64,000 bases of DNA from Octopus bimaculoides (Eukaryota), in contig NC_069007.1 in NCBI RefSeq assembly GCF_001194135.2, positions 3,688,806 through 3,752,805 on the forward strand, read 5' to 3'. The translations under genes were made by a program, and so were the position numbers. This document shows, in pieces, positions 26,728 through 41,056 of this stretch. Positions within the stretch are counted from its first letter, which is position 1. The number at the start of each line of letters is the position of its first letter. Under the pieces are notes generated by a model. The model was not told where the DNA came from and did no database searches. It saw only the letters and a list, made by a program, of their open reading frames with translations.

Positions 26728-28227
26728 GCATATATACACATATTAGATATACATACATGTATGAGGTAGAATAAATAGTGTGAAAGTGAGTCTGCCCTAA
26801 ATCCCATCTTTATGTAGCGTATTAAACATCAAGGGACAAATCAGTCGGGCTAAAACCATCCTTATACCCATACTAGGACAATTCAATTAATGAAACTACA
26901 GAGTAGGGGACTACATTATTTAAGGGTTCAATGCTTCTGGTCACTAACACAGTGGAAGTGCTGATGATGATGGTAAACAAACCATGGATCAATGCCACCT
27001 CATCAACTCAGCTGGTTGCAGCTTTCACTATGAATATATATACATAGACCCTAAAGAACAACATAATGGCAACCTACTAGAAAAATTAGCTTAATTTTAC
27101 AATAGTTCCTCCTTTTTAGAGATGATACAGTGTTAGACAGAAATACAAAGTGACTCAGTCAGAGACAAAATAATATCAACATCAATCACAAAATATCTTC
27201 CACTAAGATTCTATAATTTCAGGCAAACATAAATGATCACTGCAAAACTGCAATGCTATTTTTTTATTTATAGATATATATACACAGAGAAAGTGTTAGA
27301 CAACACAAAGAACCTTCTAAGACACTGCCATATATAGCCCCCACTATAGTCAATCCACTCTATGCCTTTCCTTATAATAATAGGGCTCAACAACTTGGAC
27401 AGAACTTAGCAACAGAAAAATACTGAATAGCTAATTAACACTGTGGGAAGAGTAAAATTTAATGAAATACTACATGCAAGGCAGTGGAAATGTGATGTTG
27501 CAACATTCATGCTTTTCTCCAAAGGAAATATATGGCCATCCACTTATATAATCTGTTGGGCACTTGAAAACCTAACTGGCAAAGGTTTCTTGGAATTACA
27601 TTGCAATCCAAATTGAAGGATATAAAGACACTTTTGCTTCCAACTATATTTCAATAACTAATAATATTGATATCAGACACTGCTATATAAAGACTGAATT
27701 GCTAATTAGACATACTCATCTAACCCCGTGTCCCTTAAAATCAGAGCTAAGAAATAGCAAGTGAATTCTATTTTAGTTATGAAATCAGATTTTAAGGATA
27801 GCTTTCTTATAAAACATTCTATGCTAGAACTTACTTAACTGATACAACAGGTGTATATAATAAAACACTCTAACAATAACGATTATTACCTGTAATTATG
27901 AAACAGATTTTTATCAAACAGATTTAGCAAGAAGCTCACTTGTCATTGTCACAGTTGATCATGCATCTAGGCATCTTTCACCTTCTATTCATACCTCCTA
28001 CTCTTTCCTACCTGTCAGACAGTTCACACACATTCTCTTCTGTCATAATTCCCAATAGAGAACAGAGAGTAGGATTCAAAACAGGAAATTCTCTAATCTT
28101 TGACAAGTCAGCCAATTCTCAGTCTTCTAGAGAGAAAAAAATCTAATCTAATTTTATATTAGAAAATCATATAAAGGAAATATATATATATATATATATA
28201 CAAACACACACACACACACATATATAT

Positions 28228-28976
28228 ATAGGAAAATGAAAAATAATAATAAGGCAGAATGCTAAACTGGAAGCATATTTTAATAAAGATTTCTAACCGG
28301 CTTTCATTGTGAAGCAAATTTTCAAGAAGAGGGAGAATGAAAATGTTTTTTACAAAGAAGTACAAAATGAAGAAAATAATATATAAAAAAAATAATATAT
28401 AAAAAAATAAATATACCAATACATTATATTGACTTTGAGTTTTTGAAGTTCAATGGTAATCCATGTATATAATGGTTGGAAAAATAAGGATGCATGAAAA
28501 TTGAGANNNNNNNNNNNNNNNNNNNNNNNNNNNNNNNNNNNNNNNNNNNNNNNNNNNNNNNNNNNNNNNNNNNNNNNNNNNNNNNNNNNNNNNNNNNNNN
28601 NNNNNNNNNNNNNNNNNNNNNNNNNNNNNNNNNNNNNNNNNNNNNNNNNNNNNNNNNNNNNNNNNNNNNTTAACCCTTTCTTTAAACCTAACACAACTCT
28701 CAATTTTCATGCATCCTTATTTTTCCAACCATTATATACATGGATTACCATTGAACTTCAAAAACCCAAAGTCAATATAATGTATTGGTATATTTATTTT
28801 TTTATATATTATTTTTTTTATATATTATTTTCTTCATTTTGTACTTCTTTGTAAAAAACATTTTCATTCTCCCTCTTCTTGAAAATTTGCTTCACAATGA
28901 AAGCCGGTTAGAAATCTTTATTAAAATATGCTTCCAGTTTAGCATTCTGCCTTATTAGTATTTTTCATTTTCCTAT
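28228..28976. repeat. 279-bp inverted duplication flanking a 163-N gap
   Basis: Arm 28228-28506 is the reverse complement of arm 28698-28976, with 2 substitutions seen. Confidence 0.93.
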
Positions 28977-29597
28977 TATTTCTCCACGTGCGGTTAACAC
29001 AACCCCACTATTTACTGACTTATATATACATACATATACATATATATGTATATATATTTTAAAAAGAAGCATAAGAGTAATTCTTGCAATTTTGACACCA
29101 AACAAATGTAAGATATCTGTCTGAATGGATGAGAAATATATTCTTCAGAACAAAATTAACCACAACAGAAACATTCTTCCTTCATCTCAAACCTTGCCCT
29201 CTGAACTCAGTAACTCGCTCTCTCGCTCATTTATACACACTACACACACAACTTTCTAAACTGTGAACCAACAATGAAGCCTCTACATGACCACTTAACC
29301 TGCTAGAAATAGCTGCTAAATTATATCCCTCAAATCATAACCCTTTATCTTAAAAGAAACACACATCCTCTAATATATCTGAATAAGCTAAGAAGGTGTA
29401 ATGATCAAAAGTCTACTGAATCAGGGCTGACTCGGAGCTAAACAACAGTATTTTCTAAACTGCTAAATAAAATTTAAAATATTGCTGAAAATTTCATTAT
29501 CATCAACTGGAGATTAGGGAGTGGTTACCTGGTTTCCATGGTGTATAAATGATCAAAATCACAACATTGTCCCTGAATGGAATGCCAATTTGTCATA

Positions 29598-29735
29598 GGG
29601 TTACTCGTTTACAGCTGAGTGGATTTGAGCAACATGGTTCTGCTCAAGAACACAACACAAAGCCTGGTTCAGGGATCGAAACCATGATCTTACAATCAAA
29701 TGAGTGCAACCTCTTAACCACTCGGCCGCATGCCT
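29598..29735 (-). mobile_element. SINE family C, 5' fragment
   Basis: tttacagctgagtgga...gctcaagaacacaacac...gatcgaaacc...cttaaccactcggcc. Confidence 0.75.
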
Positions 29736-30519
29736 ATTGTTATTAGCCATTACAGAAAAATAGAATTTCTCAATCATTAAACTTTCATTTAGGTATGGTG
29801 TCAAAAACAGAAGAATTGCCCATAAAAAAGTAGGTTTATTCATATATATATATATCAAAGACAGAGTAAATAAATGAAGACCATAAAATACATAAAGTTA
29901 CTTTTTAAAGGATTTCATATTCAAACAGAAAGTTCTAGAAAATAAAGGTGCATTTGTTGTGTGACAAAGTACAGGTTGTCCTAAAACTGACACAGAGTAG
30001 TGTTTGTAAATTAAATTGTAATACATACAGCAAACTACGAACACATTCGGTTTCATCTAGAATTGGGCATTTCCTTTTACTCTGTACATATATGCAAGGT
30101 CTATTTTCAAAGAGACAATTCTTGCAGGTTGATGTTTCCTTGTAAAGCAAGTGTGTCCATAGAGAACGTTCTAGACATGTTTAGGTGAAGCATTTCAAGA
30201 GTAGAGCAAAGGAGAGATAAATCGGTGGAGATGATGCAAAGAGGAAAAGGCAAATGTATTGTGTGATATCTAACTTGCTTTATCAGGGAACAGAAGTAGT
30301 TTTACTAGCAGTATAACCTTGATTTTACTGGTGTATATTCTACTGACACTAATGGTGCAATGCCCAGTTAACACAGTCTTTTAGGCTTCTTTTGTCTATT
30401 AAATATGAACAACTCAAATACATTAATATATATATATTTTAACATGTAAATTTTTCTACATTGAAGTCACAGCTCTGCCGCTACAGACAGGATTTGAACA
30501 TCAAAAAACAGGATTGCCA

Positions 30520-30755
30520 AACAGATTCTTCAAGCTGAACCAAGTGGCAGGAGACTTAGGAGTAAACCACAAGTGAGACGGTTGGATAACATCCATAGTC
30601 TCAGTTGGTCATGCTTGGGAATAATGACAGTTGTTTCTGATAGGATCCAATGAGGAAGTACTCAAGGGCTCTACCCCCCCCCCCCNNNNNNNNNNNCCCC
30701 CCCCAATGGCCGTCCAAGGACCGACCAGTGGGTAGCAAAAATGGATGGATGGCAC
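30520..30755 (+). mobile_element. RTE-like LINE 3' fragment, same family as 62530
   Basis: Reads RIAKQILQAEPSGRRLRSKPQVRRLDNIHSLSWSCLG and ends in an (ATGG)3 tail. Confidence 0.8.
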
Positions 30756-33615
30756 CTTTAGTAAGCATCTTCTACTATAGTTATATATCAACCAAAGCCT
30801 TGTGAGTGTATATGATAAATGAAGACTTAAAGAAGTCCATCATGTGTGCGCATGTGTTAGATGCTTCTCCCTGCCATTTCTGCTGTCAACCAGTTGTCCA
30901 GTGGCTTTGCCCCTTCAAAGACATGTGAAATAAGAGATCTCAAGAAACAGGTTAGGGTTAGCAACAGGAAGAGTATCCAGCAACAGAAAGGGGATCTGGC
31001 AGTAAAACAATGCCTCAATATTACCTTCATCTAACCCATGTGAGAATGTGGAAATAGGTGTAAAGACAAATGAAAAAAGCAAACTAACAATAAATATATT
31101 TTGTGTGTCATTTAGAACAGCCTGTAGTTGTTTTAACAACAAACTATTGGATAAATTATGTCTATTGAAAAAAAAAACAAAAACTGAATAGTTCTAATGG
31201 ATAATAGAAATGTAGAAGAAAAAAAGATATTAGAACAATATTGAGTAAATTTGTAAAGGATCAAATAACACACAAATGTGCAAAAAATGTCTGATGTAAG
31301 GTTGTTGTTGTTGTTGTTGTTGTTGTATATTATAAGAAGAAAGCATACATCATCAACATCAAACATTACAAACATCAAATAAAAAAACACAACTTCAAGA
31401 AAAAATTAGTATACTCTTTTTCTAAATACCTATTTATAAAACATGCAGTTTCTTGCAGTATTTTCCCCTTCTTAAAACATATATCTTGCATTAATTAATT
31501 ATAGGCGAATTAACGATATTACTAAAGCCACTAGAATATGAAGGAAAAAAAAAACCTGAAGTTTTTGTTCCTAAGTATTAACACTCAATAAACATAAACC
31601 AACGTTTGTGCATTTTCACTCAATAATTACTACAAAATAAAACAACAATATTTATAAAGGACTTTTTATAAACTTTCAGCAAATCAACCTTAAACTTAAT
31701 TATCTTTTTTTTTTTTCTTAGTTTGGAAGCTGAAAGTATTTTATTTTTTTCCGAAATTAAATAATCAGCCAAGCTTGAGTAAATGTGTTTATACACGTGT
31801 ATGATGAAAGATTAGGAATTATATTTTCTGTTTAAAATAAGACCAAGAAATAAATGAATCTCGACTACATAGTTGAAACAGCAACAGATTCAAGTGTACA
31901 AAGAAACATAATATCAGGTTGAGAGGTAGTAATTGAATTAAACTTAATATGTCGCCTTTTGGTTTAATTTGGCCTAATTTTTTAACATTTCCTTAAGCAA
32001 CATAATTAATAAAAAAAGGAAAGAGGGGCAGGAGCATGTTGGTGCCCCATTGACAGAAATCACTCAAGTTAGTAGAGCCTTAAGCAAGCTCTAGGCAGAG
32101 AGGCAAGCAAAGTTGTGTGCAAACTAGAAACTGGAATTCAAAGCTTGAAAACAAAAGATTTAGATTTTTTTGCTTATCTTTAAAAAGTCTCTTCCCATAA
32201 AATACTTTTTAAACTTTAAAAAAGAATATGTTAAACATTTATAAAGAAATAATTCCATTGTTATTGGAGAAATTCTAGGATTCAATGGAAAATGAAATTT
32301 GAAATTAATTTCTATCATCTAATCTTAAAATATTCTTTTATGTTTAAAAGAAAATAAACATACCATTAATGTTTATGGAGTAAAAGGATATCACAAGATA
32401 TTTTTTTACCAATTAATTCACATCTATTTAATACTTAATTAATCCTCACATTTAATCCTTTTTAATAAGTTATACACTGCTAACAACCAACAACTCCTGT
32501 TCCTTTCATATCTGCAGGATTTAAATAGTGCCAAAAGGAGAAATATGGTAACAATACACAGTAAAATCTCTACAACTGGATGGTCATCCTGGAGCCAACT
32601 AATTTATTCTTTGCCAGTTACGTTTCATTCGTTTACCAAACATACTTTTAGAAATTGCCACTGTTTTATTTGTAAGATTTATAGTTTTATAAGAGGTCAT
32701 ACGCGCCACATAGTCACAACCACAAAAGACACAATGCACACACAAAATGATTTTATTCATACCAAAAAAAAAAAACCCCATAATAAATCAATACAGAAAA
32801 ATTGCAACTGGCCCGCACCCCTTTGATTGTCTTTACGGCAGCCCCCAACCAAACATTTTCACGTGCTCTTTATTACTTAATTACGTGTATTTTTTTTTTT
32901 ACACCAACTGCAAGCTTAAATTAAACTGGCTCCATACTTTTATAACTCACTCCCTGCAAATATTGTATCAACCTAGCAACATGTCTTAGACTTCAGTAAA
33001 ACCTAACTGGACCTACAAATTAACAAATAAACAAACAACAAACAACTCTAACACTCATTCTCACCAACAACTTCTGACAACTATATTTCTTAATTCTATC
33101 TCATTCAAACAGTTACTACACCAGCCAAAACTGTTTAGAAATATTAAATGAACTGTTTTTCAAGACATTTTACTCACTCCTCCCCACTTCTCTCTCCCAT
33201 TTGTCCTACCTTTTTCTGGGGTACACACAAGAAATAACTGAAAAATATACTCTACATTATAGGGATAGAATTCAGTATCTTCTCAGTTTAAAAGATTACC
33301 AAAGATGATTGAAAACTAAATTGAACATTTGTTGCTGAAATACAAAGAGCTGTATATTGCTTAGTTAACAGAGAACAGACAACAAGCTGAAGGATTAGAG
33401 GTTCGTATCCTATCATCAGCACCTTACCATGTGTGACCATAACTAGACAGTGAAAGGACAAGATGATATCAAATCATCTGTGTACTGTGTGTGTGGCCAT
33501 GGCTAAAGTACAAACAATACTTCTCAATGATGTAGTTAACAAAAGTAACAAATGCCTCATTGAAACCATCGTACATTAACAGCCATTTTCACTTATCAAA
33601 GAGGTAAATGATAGC

Positions 33616-33723
33616 CAGGGCCATCCTAACAGCATTATAGGCCACAGCTTACACAATTGGATCCCTAGACCCACGAGGCCCTTGGACAAATGCTCAGTGT
33701 GCCCATGCTTTAAGATAGCACTG
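33616..33723. mobile_element. hAT-type MITE (108 bp)
   Basis: Left end CAGGGCCATCCTAACAGCAT versus reverse complement of the right end CAGTGCTATCTTAAAGCAT. The 8-bp flanks ATGATAGC and ACGATGGC match at 6/8, consistent with a decayed TSD. Confidence 0.7.
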
Positions 33724-34166
33724 ACGATGGCAACTGCTTATTTTATACACTGGGGAACTTCTAAGGTAAAAAGAAAATACTACAATATTTAGAGAAAACT
33801 ATAGGTTTAGTTGGATCAAAATATTTACGGAAAACACGTTTTAAAATTTTCTGATTGCCTTCTACTAAATGCTTTAATTACAGGAAATAGAATTCTTTTT
33901 TAATGAAAAGAAAAATAGGTATTCAGAAAAAAGGCATCAAACATTTTAAATGTAAAATTTGCATTAATATATAATCATCAAATTAATGATAACAAAGAAG
34001 ATAACATTAAAAGAATAAATAACAACTTCCAAGTATCAAGTTGATATTTCTGCAGCCCTAATGGTTGGCATCTCTGGAACAGGCATGCAATATATAAATA
34101 TATATATATATATATGTGGATGTAGGTATATAAGTAAATGAATAAATTAATGTAATAATAATAATA

Positions 34167-34209
<43 letters not shown>

Positions 34210-35559
34210 AAAAACTGTATAGTCAAATAAAAAATTTGTCATTCATGAAACAAGAAATTCAACAAGCAGGAACCAACAATTGGGCTATCGTAACAGTTCT
34301 ACAAAAGAAGAAAAAATAGAGCATGCAACAAAACAACTGGTAAAGGTCAGTGACTACATCAATACGATTTCGGTAATAAAAAAAAAAAACAACATTATAA
34401 ATGAATAAATAAATAAATGCAAGCTAAATAGTCAACAGGTTGCTACCTGCAAAGATTGACTGCTGACAGAGATTGTGCTTTGAACTCTTCAATCTGAAAA
34501 AAGGAATGGCGATTGCTGAACTAAAGAGTGTTCTGATAACATTGTTACATTGTTGATGGAGTTGACTGGGTGGAGTCTTGGGGAGGAAACAAAACTTTAG
34601 AAACAATTTTGGTGATTATCTGACTGATATATATATATATATATAATCAAGTAAATCTAGCAATCTTAGTGGCAGTTACCAAAGATTTGATACAGTATAT
34701 TATTATAGCTGCTTTATTGATTACTCTTCACTATTTTTTTTTTTTTTTTTAAGTAATCCAAGTTACTAATTAATAATTAAAGTATATAATTAGAGCATTT
34801 TATATAACTTTTTTATAGTCAATTGGATGAAATCAGTTGATGCTTTTCACTCATAACAATATTCTTCGTACTTTGACAAGAACAATCATTTTCAAAAAAA
34901 CACTTTCTTTTCTAGCATTTGAAAGATTAACAGTAATTTTATTTAAGAAAAAGACAAATGAATTCTAAGACCCAGTCTTCACAGATACTACAGTATTAAT
35001 AATGCGTGTGCACACACAGAGTTGTCGTGCAACAAAGCACACTGTACAATAAGTTTGTTATTATCATTGGAACATGAGATCATGTTATTGATAAACAATA
35101 TTTTCATATGCATACACAATGCCTCAAATTTATAGGGTTGGAAAATAGACAGCTAGGATGTTATGTTGTTCATGCTTTACTTAAGGACACTTGTGATGTT
35201 AGGGAAGCAAGTCTATGAAAGCTATGACAACTATTCTACCTGCTTCTGGTGGCAATAACTATATTGCTGAACACCTAAGTCTGCAGGTCTATCTTATTCT
35301 TAACTCTAATACACAGCAAATTACAAGAAAATTGCCTCTTGTAAATTATCAGCAATATAAATAACTTCCATCGATATTGCTGAAAACTTGCTTCTTTGCC
35401 ACATGGGAAAACATGGACACAAGAAGGGGTTTGCAAATTTGTGACATTTGTGCTTTCAGAGAAGCCATAAGTTATGTGAGTAGAGCTATTCTTAAATTGA
35501 ATATTGAAAACTAATCCAACATTTCTCGCAAGTAACAAAAAGCATCCTAGTCTCTGGGT

Positions 35560-35870
35560 AGAGATGTTGGTTGGATACTAAAAAGACTTGGATGAGCTGG
35601 TGCAGTTGTGGAATTATCGGACAAGGGTGCTTGATTTTCTGAGTAAGACCATGTTCTCTTCATTGAGAATCTAGATGAGTTGACAACTCATGTTGGTCAA
35701 TCACATGCCACATGGTCACAGCAGATGACAAAGTATCTCACAGAGATTGGGGCTGACTGGGACTTTGCTCAACAAAGTCACCTGGGGGGACCTGGGAATA
35801 CTCCCAACAAATGGTGAATGCAGCAACACACTGCAATGACACATGCTCCCCCCACACCTGACTTGTGTTT
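35560..35870 (+). mobile_element. Degenerate LINE 3' end (RTE-X-like)
   Basis: Fragments ATWSQQMTKYLTEIG and SQQMVNAATHCNDTCS resemble RTE-X C-termini. Confidence 0.45.
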
Positions 35871-36665
35871 TAAATGTATGGCTTAGAATGTTGCTAAAAG
35901 GCGACAGAAGAAAGATCAATGCTGAACACACAGAAGAAAACCTTGCACATCTTCTGGCTGAATAAGGAAGCATATAAATGAGGAACAGCACCGAAATATT
36001 GGTTGTAATAGTATGGTCTGGGAGATAAAGGATAGATGGGTTCCATACTCAAAGTGAACCAAGAAATGATACTAAAGGTTGTGGACAACAGTTGAAAAAT
36101 GGCTTAAAGAAATGGGTTTTACATGAGTCGAGAAGCAAGAAACTTGGTAAAGACCAGTCTAAATGGCATCATATTCTCTAGACTTCATTTTCTAATTGAT
36201 TTTCTTGATTTTCTCTCTGGTTCAGTAAAAAGACGTTTATTTCAAAGTGGCAATTCTTTTCAGATTGGGGTCTTTAAAAAGTGTTTAAACAAAAGCAGAA
36301 GATTAAGAGATCTCCCTTGTAAACAATTTCTAAAAGCCATGAAAATATTTACAGAATGTTGCACAACCACAAGGGCCAGACAGCTGATAGTGCAATGGAA
36401 ACATGATCACCACTGCCACTACCAGCACCACCATGACAACATCAACTTTTCCATGTTTACATGAGATTCACTGATGCAGAATTTCTATGGCTTGGATGTT
36501 CTTCCAGTCATCAACCCTTAATTTTTTCTAAGCAAAGTAATATTTTCCCCTAGTCCTGAGATTTTATTTTTACAGAAGATCACAAACATCACTTCTTATA
36601 CAATGGAAGTTTGTTTGCAATTTCAAGACAAAGAAATATCCACTCACACACAACATGCCTTATTT

Positions 36666-36786
36666 TCAGTTTCTGTCTACAAAATCCACTCACAAGGCTT
36701 TGGTTGGACCGGGCCGCAGTAGAAAACAGTTTCTCATGGTAATGTGCAATAGGATACACGAGAAACTACATAGCCACACCTGTGCT
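36666..36786 (-). mobile_element. SINE family B fragment
   Basis: gtttctgtctacaaaatccactcacaaggctttggttggacc...catagccacacctgtgc. Confidence 0.7.
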
Positions 36787-38019
36787 TTTGTCATTTATAT
36801 AAAATACTGTTTACATAATTTTTTTTTTTAAATGGAAAAACAAACCCACAATATTTTTACTGGAATGCTTTCTTATAATATATGAGCACATGTTTAAAAA
36901 AACCCCAGCAATTTAATACACAGGTATGTATTGTCAACAGTGTGAATAACAACATGAAATTGACTGCTAACATTTTTTAAACATTCAGATAAAATTTACT
37001 GTTAACTAAGTGCTGTAGTAATTTACCACTTGGTGAGGGAGAGAGAATATTACTTTTTAGCTTGGCTGATGTGTGCAGCCTTCACTACAGTTATCATGTC
37101 TCCTCATAGTTAAATGCAATGCAGAATCTTGCATGTATGTTTATACATATATATGCACACCCACTCACAATCATTTCTTCTATATATTATCTACTAAATA
37201 ATTAGGTGTTGTAAAACCTCTTTGAAAGGAAAATGTAAACAAATAGAAATTCTTTATTTATAAGTAAGAAATCATTTCCTAAAAGCTGAGTAAAAAATAA
37301 ATATTCAACATTGTTTTACTATAACCAACATTCCTAATTTCAGATGTATTTAGTGAATTGCAACTTCAAGAGAAATATGTAATATATATTTATACATTTT
37401 ATATCTGAAAATAAATGGTGTTTTTTTAAATCATACCAATACGAAAAATAACATTAAATATTTTTTAAAAATTAAATCCTACTTACAACAGAAAACATTC
37501 ATAGAAAAATTAATAATCATTTTAGCAGTTCAATAGTAACAACTCAGTAGATATTCATAACTTTTAAATAAAATTGTTTCTAACCAACACACTTGGGACT
37601 GCTTCTGGTTTCTTAGAGAGAGAGAGAATGCCTCATTTTAAAAATGTTTAAATCTGAATTCAAACTATCATCGTTTTATGTAATAACCTTTTAAATACGA
37701 TATGCTCCAAATATCAACTCAATACTGACAAAGTTATTTTATTAAATCTTTCCAAATTTTTTATCCTTTCCCAAATTAATTGAAGCACACAAGAGCAGTG
37801 GGTTTCGTTAGAAATATAGTGCAAAAAAAAGTTAAAATAGACAGGGAAGACCATACATATATCTATGTTATTTTTGTTTTAATTCTATGAGACAAGTAAC
37901 ACGAGAAGGAGAGATATTGCTGCAGAAAAGACAACTAAGAATCTATTCAAGAATATGAGAGCAAGAAAATAAATTGCTTCAAGGACTAATAAAGTCATGT
38001 TATATTTATAAAGAGGCTC

Positions 38020-38428
38020 AAACATGGCTATGTGGTTGAGAAGCTCTTTTTGATTTTGGAACTACGTGGTTTTAGGTTCAGTCCCACTGAGCAGCACCTT
38101 GCGTAAGTGTCCTCTATTATAGCCCCAGGCCAACCAATACCTTGTGGGTAAATCTGGCAGCTGGAAGAGCTCATCATTTATATTTTGTAAGTGTGTGTGT
38201 GTGTGTGTGTGTCTGTGTCTGTGTCTGCCATCCCCATCACTGCCCTTGACAACCACTGTTAGTTTGTTTACGTCCCTGTGACTTAGCAGTTCAAAAAAAT
38301 AGACTGAGAGAATAAGTAGCAGACTTTAAAAAGAAAACAAGTACTGGGGTCAGTTTGTTTAACTAAAACCCTTCAAGGCCGTACCCCAGTTTGACCGTAG
38401 TCCAATGACTGAAATAAACTAAAAGATC
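38020..38428 (+). mobile_element. SINE family B
   Basis: ggctatgtggttgagaagc...ggttcagtcccactg...(gt)n...gtactggggtc...aatgactgaaa tail. Confidence 0.8.
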
Positions 38429-38729
38429 ACACACACACACACACACACACAAACTCATTTCCTGGAAATTAGTGGAGTACTCAGTTTTTCTTTTACTTTT
38501 TTTATGTCATTATCTGTGCATAACACACATACACACGAGTGCACACATACAAACAAAAGAAAAGCGCAATCACTACATTATGTAGAGTTTATGTAATATT
38601 TGTAAGTGGCCAGTTGGTGGCACTCTCTATTCAGTTTCATAGGCATCAAAAGATTTCTAATCAACCAATCAGCTATCAACAGGAAATGAAGCCTTACCTA
38701 TATTCAATAAGATTTATCCTCTGTGTATG

Positions 38730-38762
<33 letters not shown>

Positions 38763-38819
38763 GCATTTATATCTTGAGGTAAGTTTGGATTTTGCAACAG
38801 GACAATGTTTTCCTCACTC

Positions 38820-38965
38820 CAGTCATCATCATTGAACGTCTGTGTGCGATGCTGATAGGAAGAGCTGGCAAGTCTGGAGACGGCACAAAGCTCTGCTGTC
38901 TGCTTCGGCATCGATTCTAGAGTTGGATGCCCTTCCTAATGCCAACCACTTTACAGAGTGTGCTG
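38820..38965 (-). mobile_element. Family D copy
   Basis: catcatcattgaacgtc...ggatgcccttcctaatgccaacca is the reverse complement of the 49417 element. Confidence 0.75.
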
Positions 38966-40841
38966 GGTGCTCATTATGTGGCATCAGCAGCAGTGAGGTC
39001 ACCAAGTAACTTGCAGGACAAGACACCTCAATAGGAGAGGAAAGAAGTATTGAGGGAGGAAAAAGGTGTTTTGCTTTAGAGGAGATGGAGAGAGTGAAGA
39101 GAAAGATATGAAGATGTGACAGGGAAGGAGGGAGCAGATATTGTACATCCAAGCTACAGGGAGGTGTATATAATGAAGTGAACCAGGGAGGGCAAGAGGG
39201 TAGATTCCCAAGATTGCAAAAGGAGAGCGGAAGCTGGTTGGGGGAGGGGATGTAATGAGTGGGCACAAGTAGTGGGGTGGGGGTATTAGTATTAAAATAA
39301 CATAATAAAAAAAAGCAATGTATGTGCATGCATGTATCAAAATACATTTAAATGTATTTGCCACTGCATCAGGTGTCTATTGCATCTATTTGTTTAAAAG
39401 TTACATAAAGTATGATTCAAAGGTGACTTGGCTGCAGTTTCTAGCAAGTTAAAAAAAAACACTCATAGATAATCATTGCTGGACAACTACTTTCAAAGGC
39501 CTAGCATATCACAGAGCACAACAGCGACCACTGTTCAGTGAAATTACAGAAGAATCAATGGTTGCTGTGTTAGCTGACAATAAGCTGTCCAAATAAACAC
39601 AACATCAAAAAAATCAGTCAAATCAGTCTTCCATGATGTTTCTGTGGCCCAATGGTCACAGAACGAACCAAATGTTCGCTAAAGCAAATTTCTACCATTC
39701 CAGTATGTAGTCTTTAATATCACATGAGGTTGAATGATTGAAGTTAAGGTGCTACAGACTTGCTCATATGGTAAAGAGTGTAAAATTTTATACCAGATAT
39801 ATTTGTCTTTCATTTGTTTCAGTCTGCTAAGCTGAAAACAGGCACCACTCCCATGTTTTACAGGTTAGCAGAAATAAGCACACACAGCTGCAAAAATAAT
39901 TCCGTTCATGTAAACAGCTAGCTTACAGAAATAGATGTTAAAATAAAACAAAACAAAATAAAAAAAACCTAGATTTTATAAGATAACTTAATATTATTAT
40001 AGGATGATCCCACAAAGTTAGAAAGAAACCACAGCAATATAAAAAATAAAGCAATTTGTTGTGTAGATAATTATAGATTCAGAACATAGATAAATGAATA
40101 GAATTAAATTATTTCAAAATAAAACCTATTTCTTTGTAAAAACTCGATGTCAGCCCAACAGCATGTGGAGATTTTATGCTGTAGCTTCACTTGGTGGTCA
40201 TCATCTCCAGACAGCAAAATACAAAGTTGCCGACAGAATGGACTGGTACCTTAGTCTAGCTACTTAATCCATTATGTAATCCAGCAACTGTTCTAAAATA
40301 ACTGGAGTAGTTTAAACAACGTTTTTTGTCTTTTTTTGACGGAGCTATGAAGGATAAAACATCTCCAAAACCCAGAGTGTATTTTACAGCATACACCTTT
40401 ATAGCCTGTGGCAGTCCATAGTAAAGTTTGAAGTTTGTTTTTATCTACTCAATAATCCCAAGGTACCTCAAGAATTTAGCAATGCTTTGCCTGAGTGGGA
40501 GTTATTTAAGTTTAAGGGAGGTAAGTGGGGGAGCCATCAAATCTAAAAATAAAAACGTGCATTAGTGTAACGGAATGGATATCAAATACCAGCCTACATA
40601 TGATTTAGTAGTACAACGGTAGTGAAGTTTCTAGTCTTGCTCCTCTATGTTGGGAGTTAAAAATCTCACCTTGATCAGCACTATCTCTTGTTTCTCTAAG
40701 TAACACTCATATACCCTGGTCAATTCAATCAACTCCACTCTTTGTACAAAATGTCAGACCAACTCCCATCCAAGAGATTATTTTATCTAACAACTGTTTT
40801 GTGTGGGTTTTTTTTTTTTTACATAAGGAAGGTTTCTTTAA

Positions 40842-41056
40842 CCTTTTAACATTCAGATTGCTCTATTAAATGTAATGCTTACTTATTCACATTGTTTTGA
40901 ATTAATCATGCATTATCTCATAGCTTTGAGGTGAAGTGATTTATTTTAAGAAGGACATTGCAGGGTAGGTGTGAGAGTTCAGATGTGGATGATCTGAACA
41001 TAAAGCAGGTAGAAAGAATATTTGGGCCAGATATGGCCAGTTTAAATTCTAAAGGT
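40842..41056. mobile_element. piggyBac-type MITE, family P1, opposite orientation to 47242
   Basis: TTAA|CCTTTTAACAT ... ATTCTAAAGGT|TTAA. The interior (gccagatatggccagtttaaa) is the reverse complement of the 47242 copy. Confidence 0.85.

Noticed and set aside
27880-38710. Other AG|GT sites in the long intron (about 27888 and 38698) and a strong orphan donor at about 43850
   Set aside because: The upstream pyrimidine tracts are poor, and such matches are expected by chance in 29 kb of AT-rich DNA.
38829-39364. 172-aa and 121-aa minus-strand ORFs
   Set aside because: They overlap a family D repeat and purine-rich low-complexity DNA, with no splice-compatible boundaries or recognisable domain.
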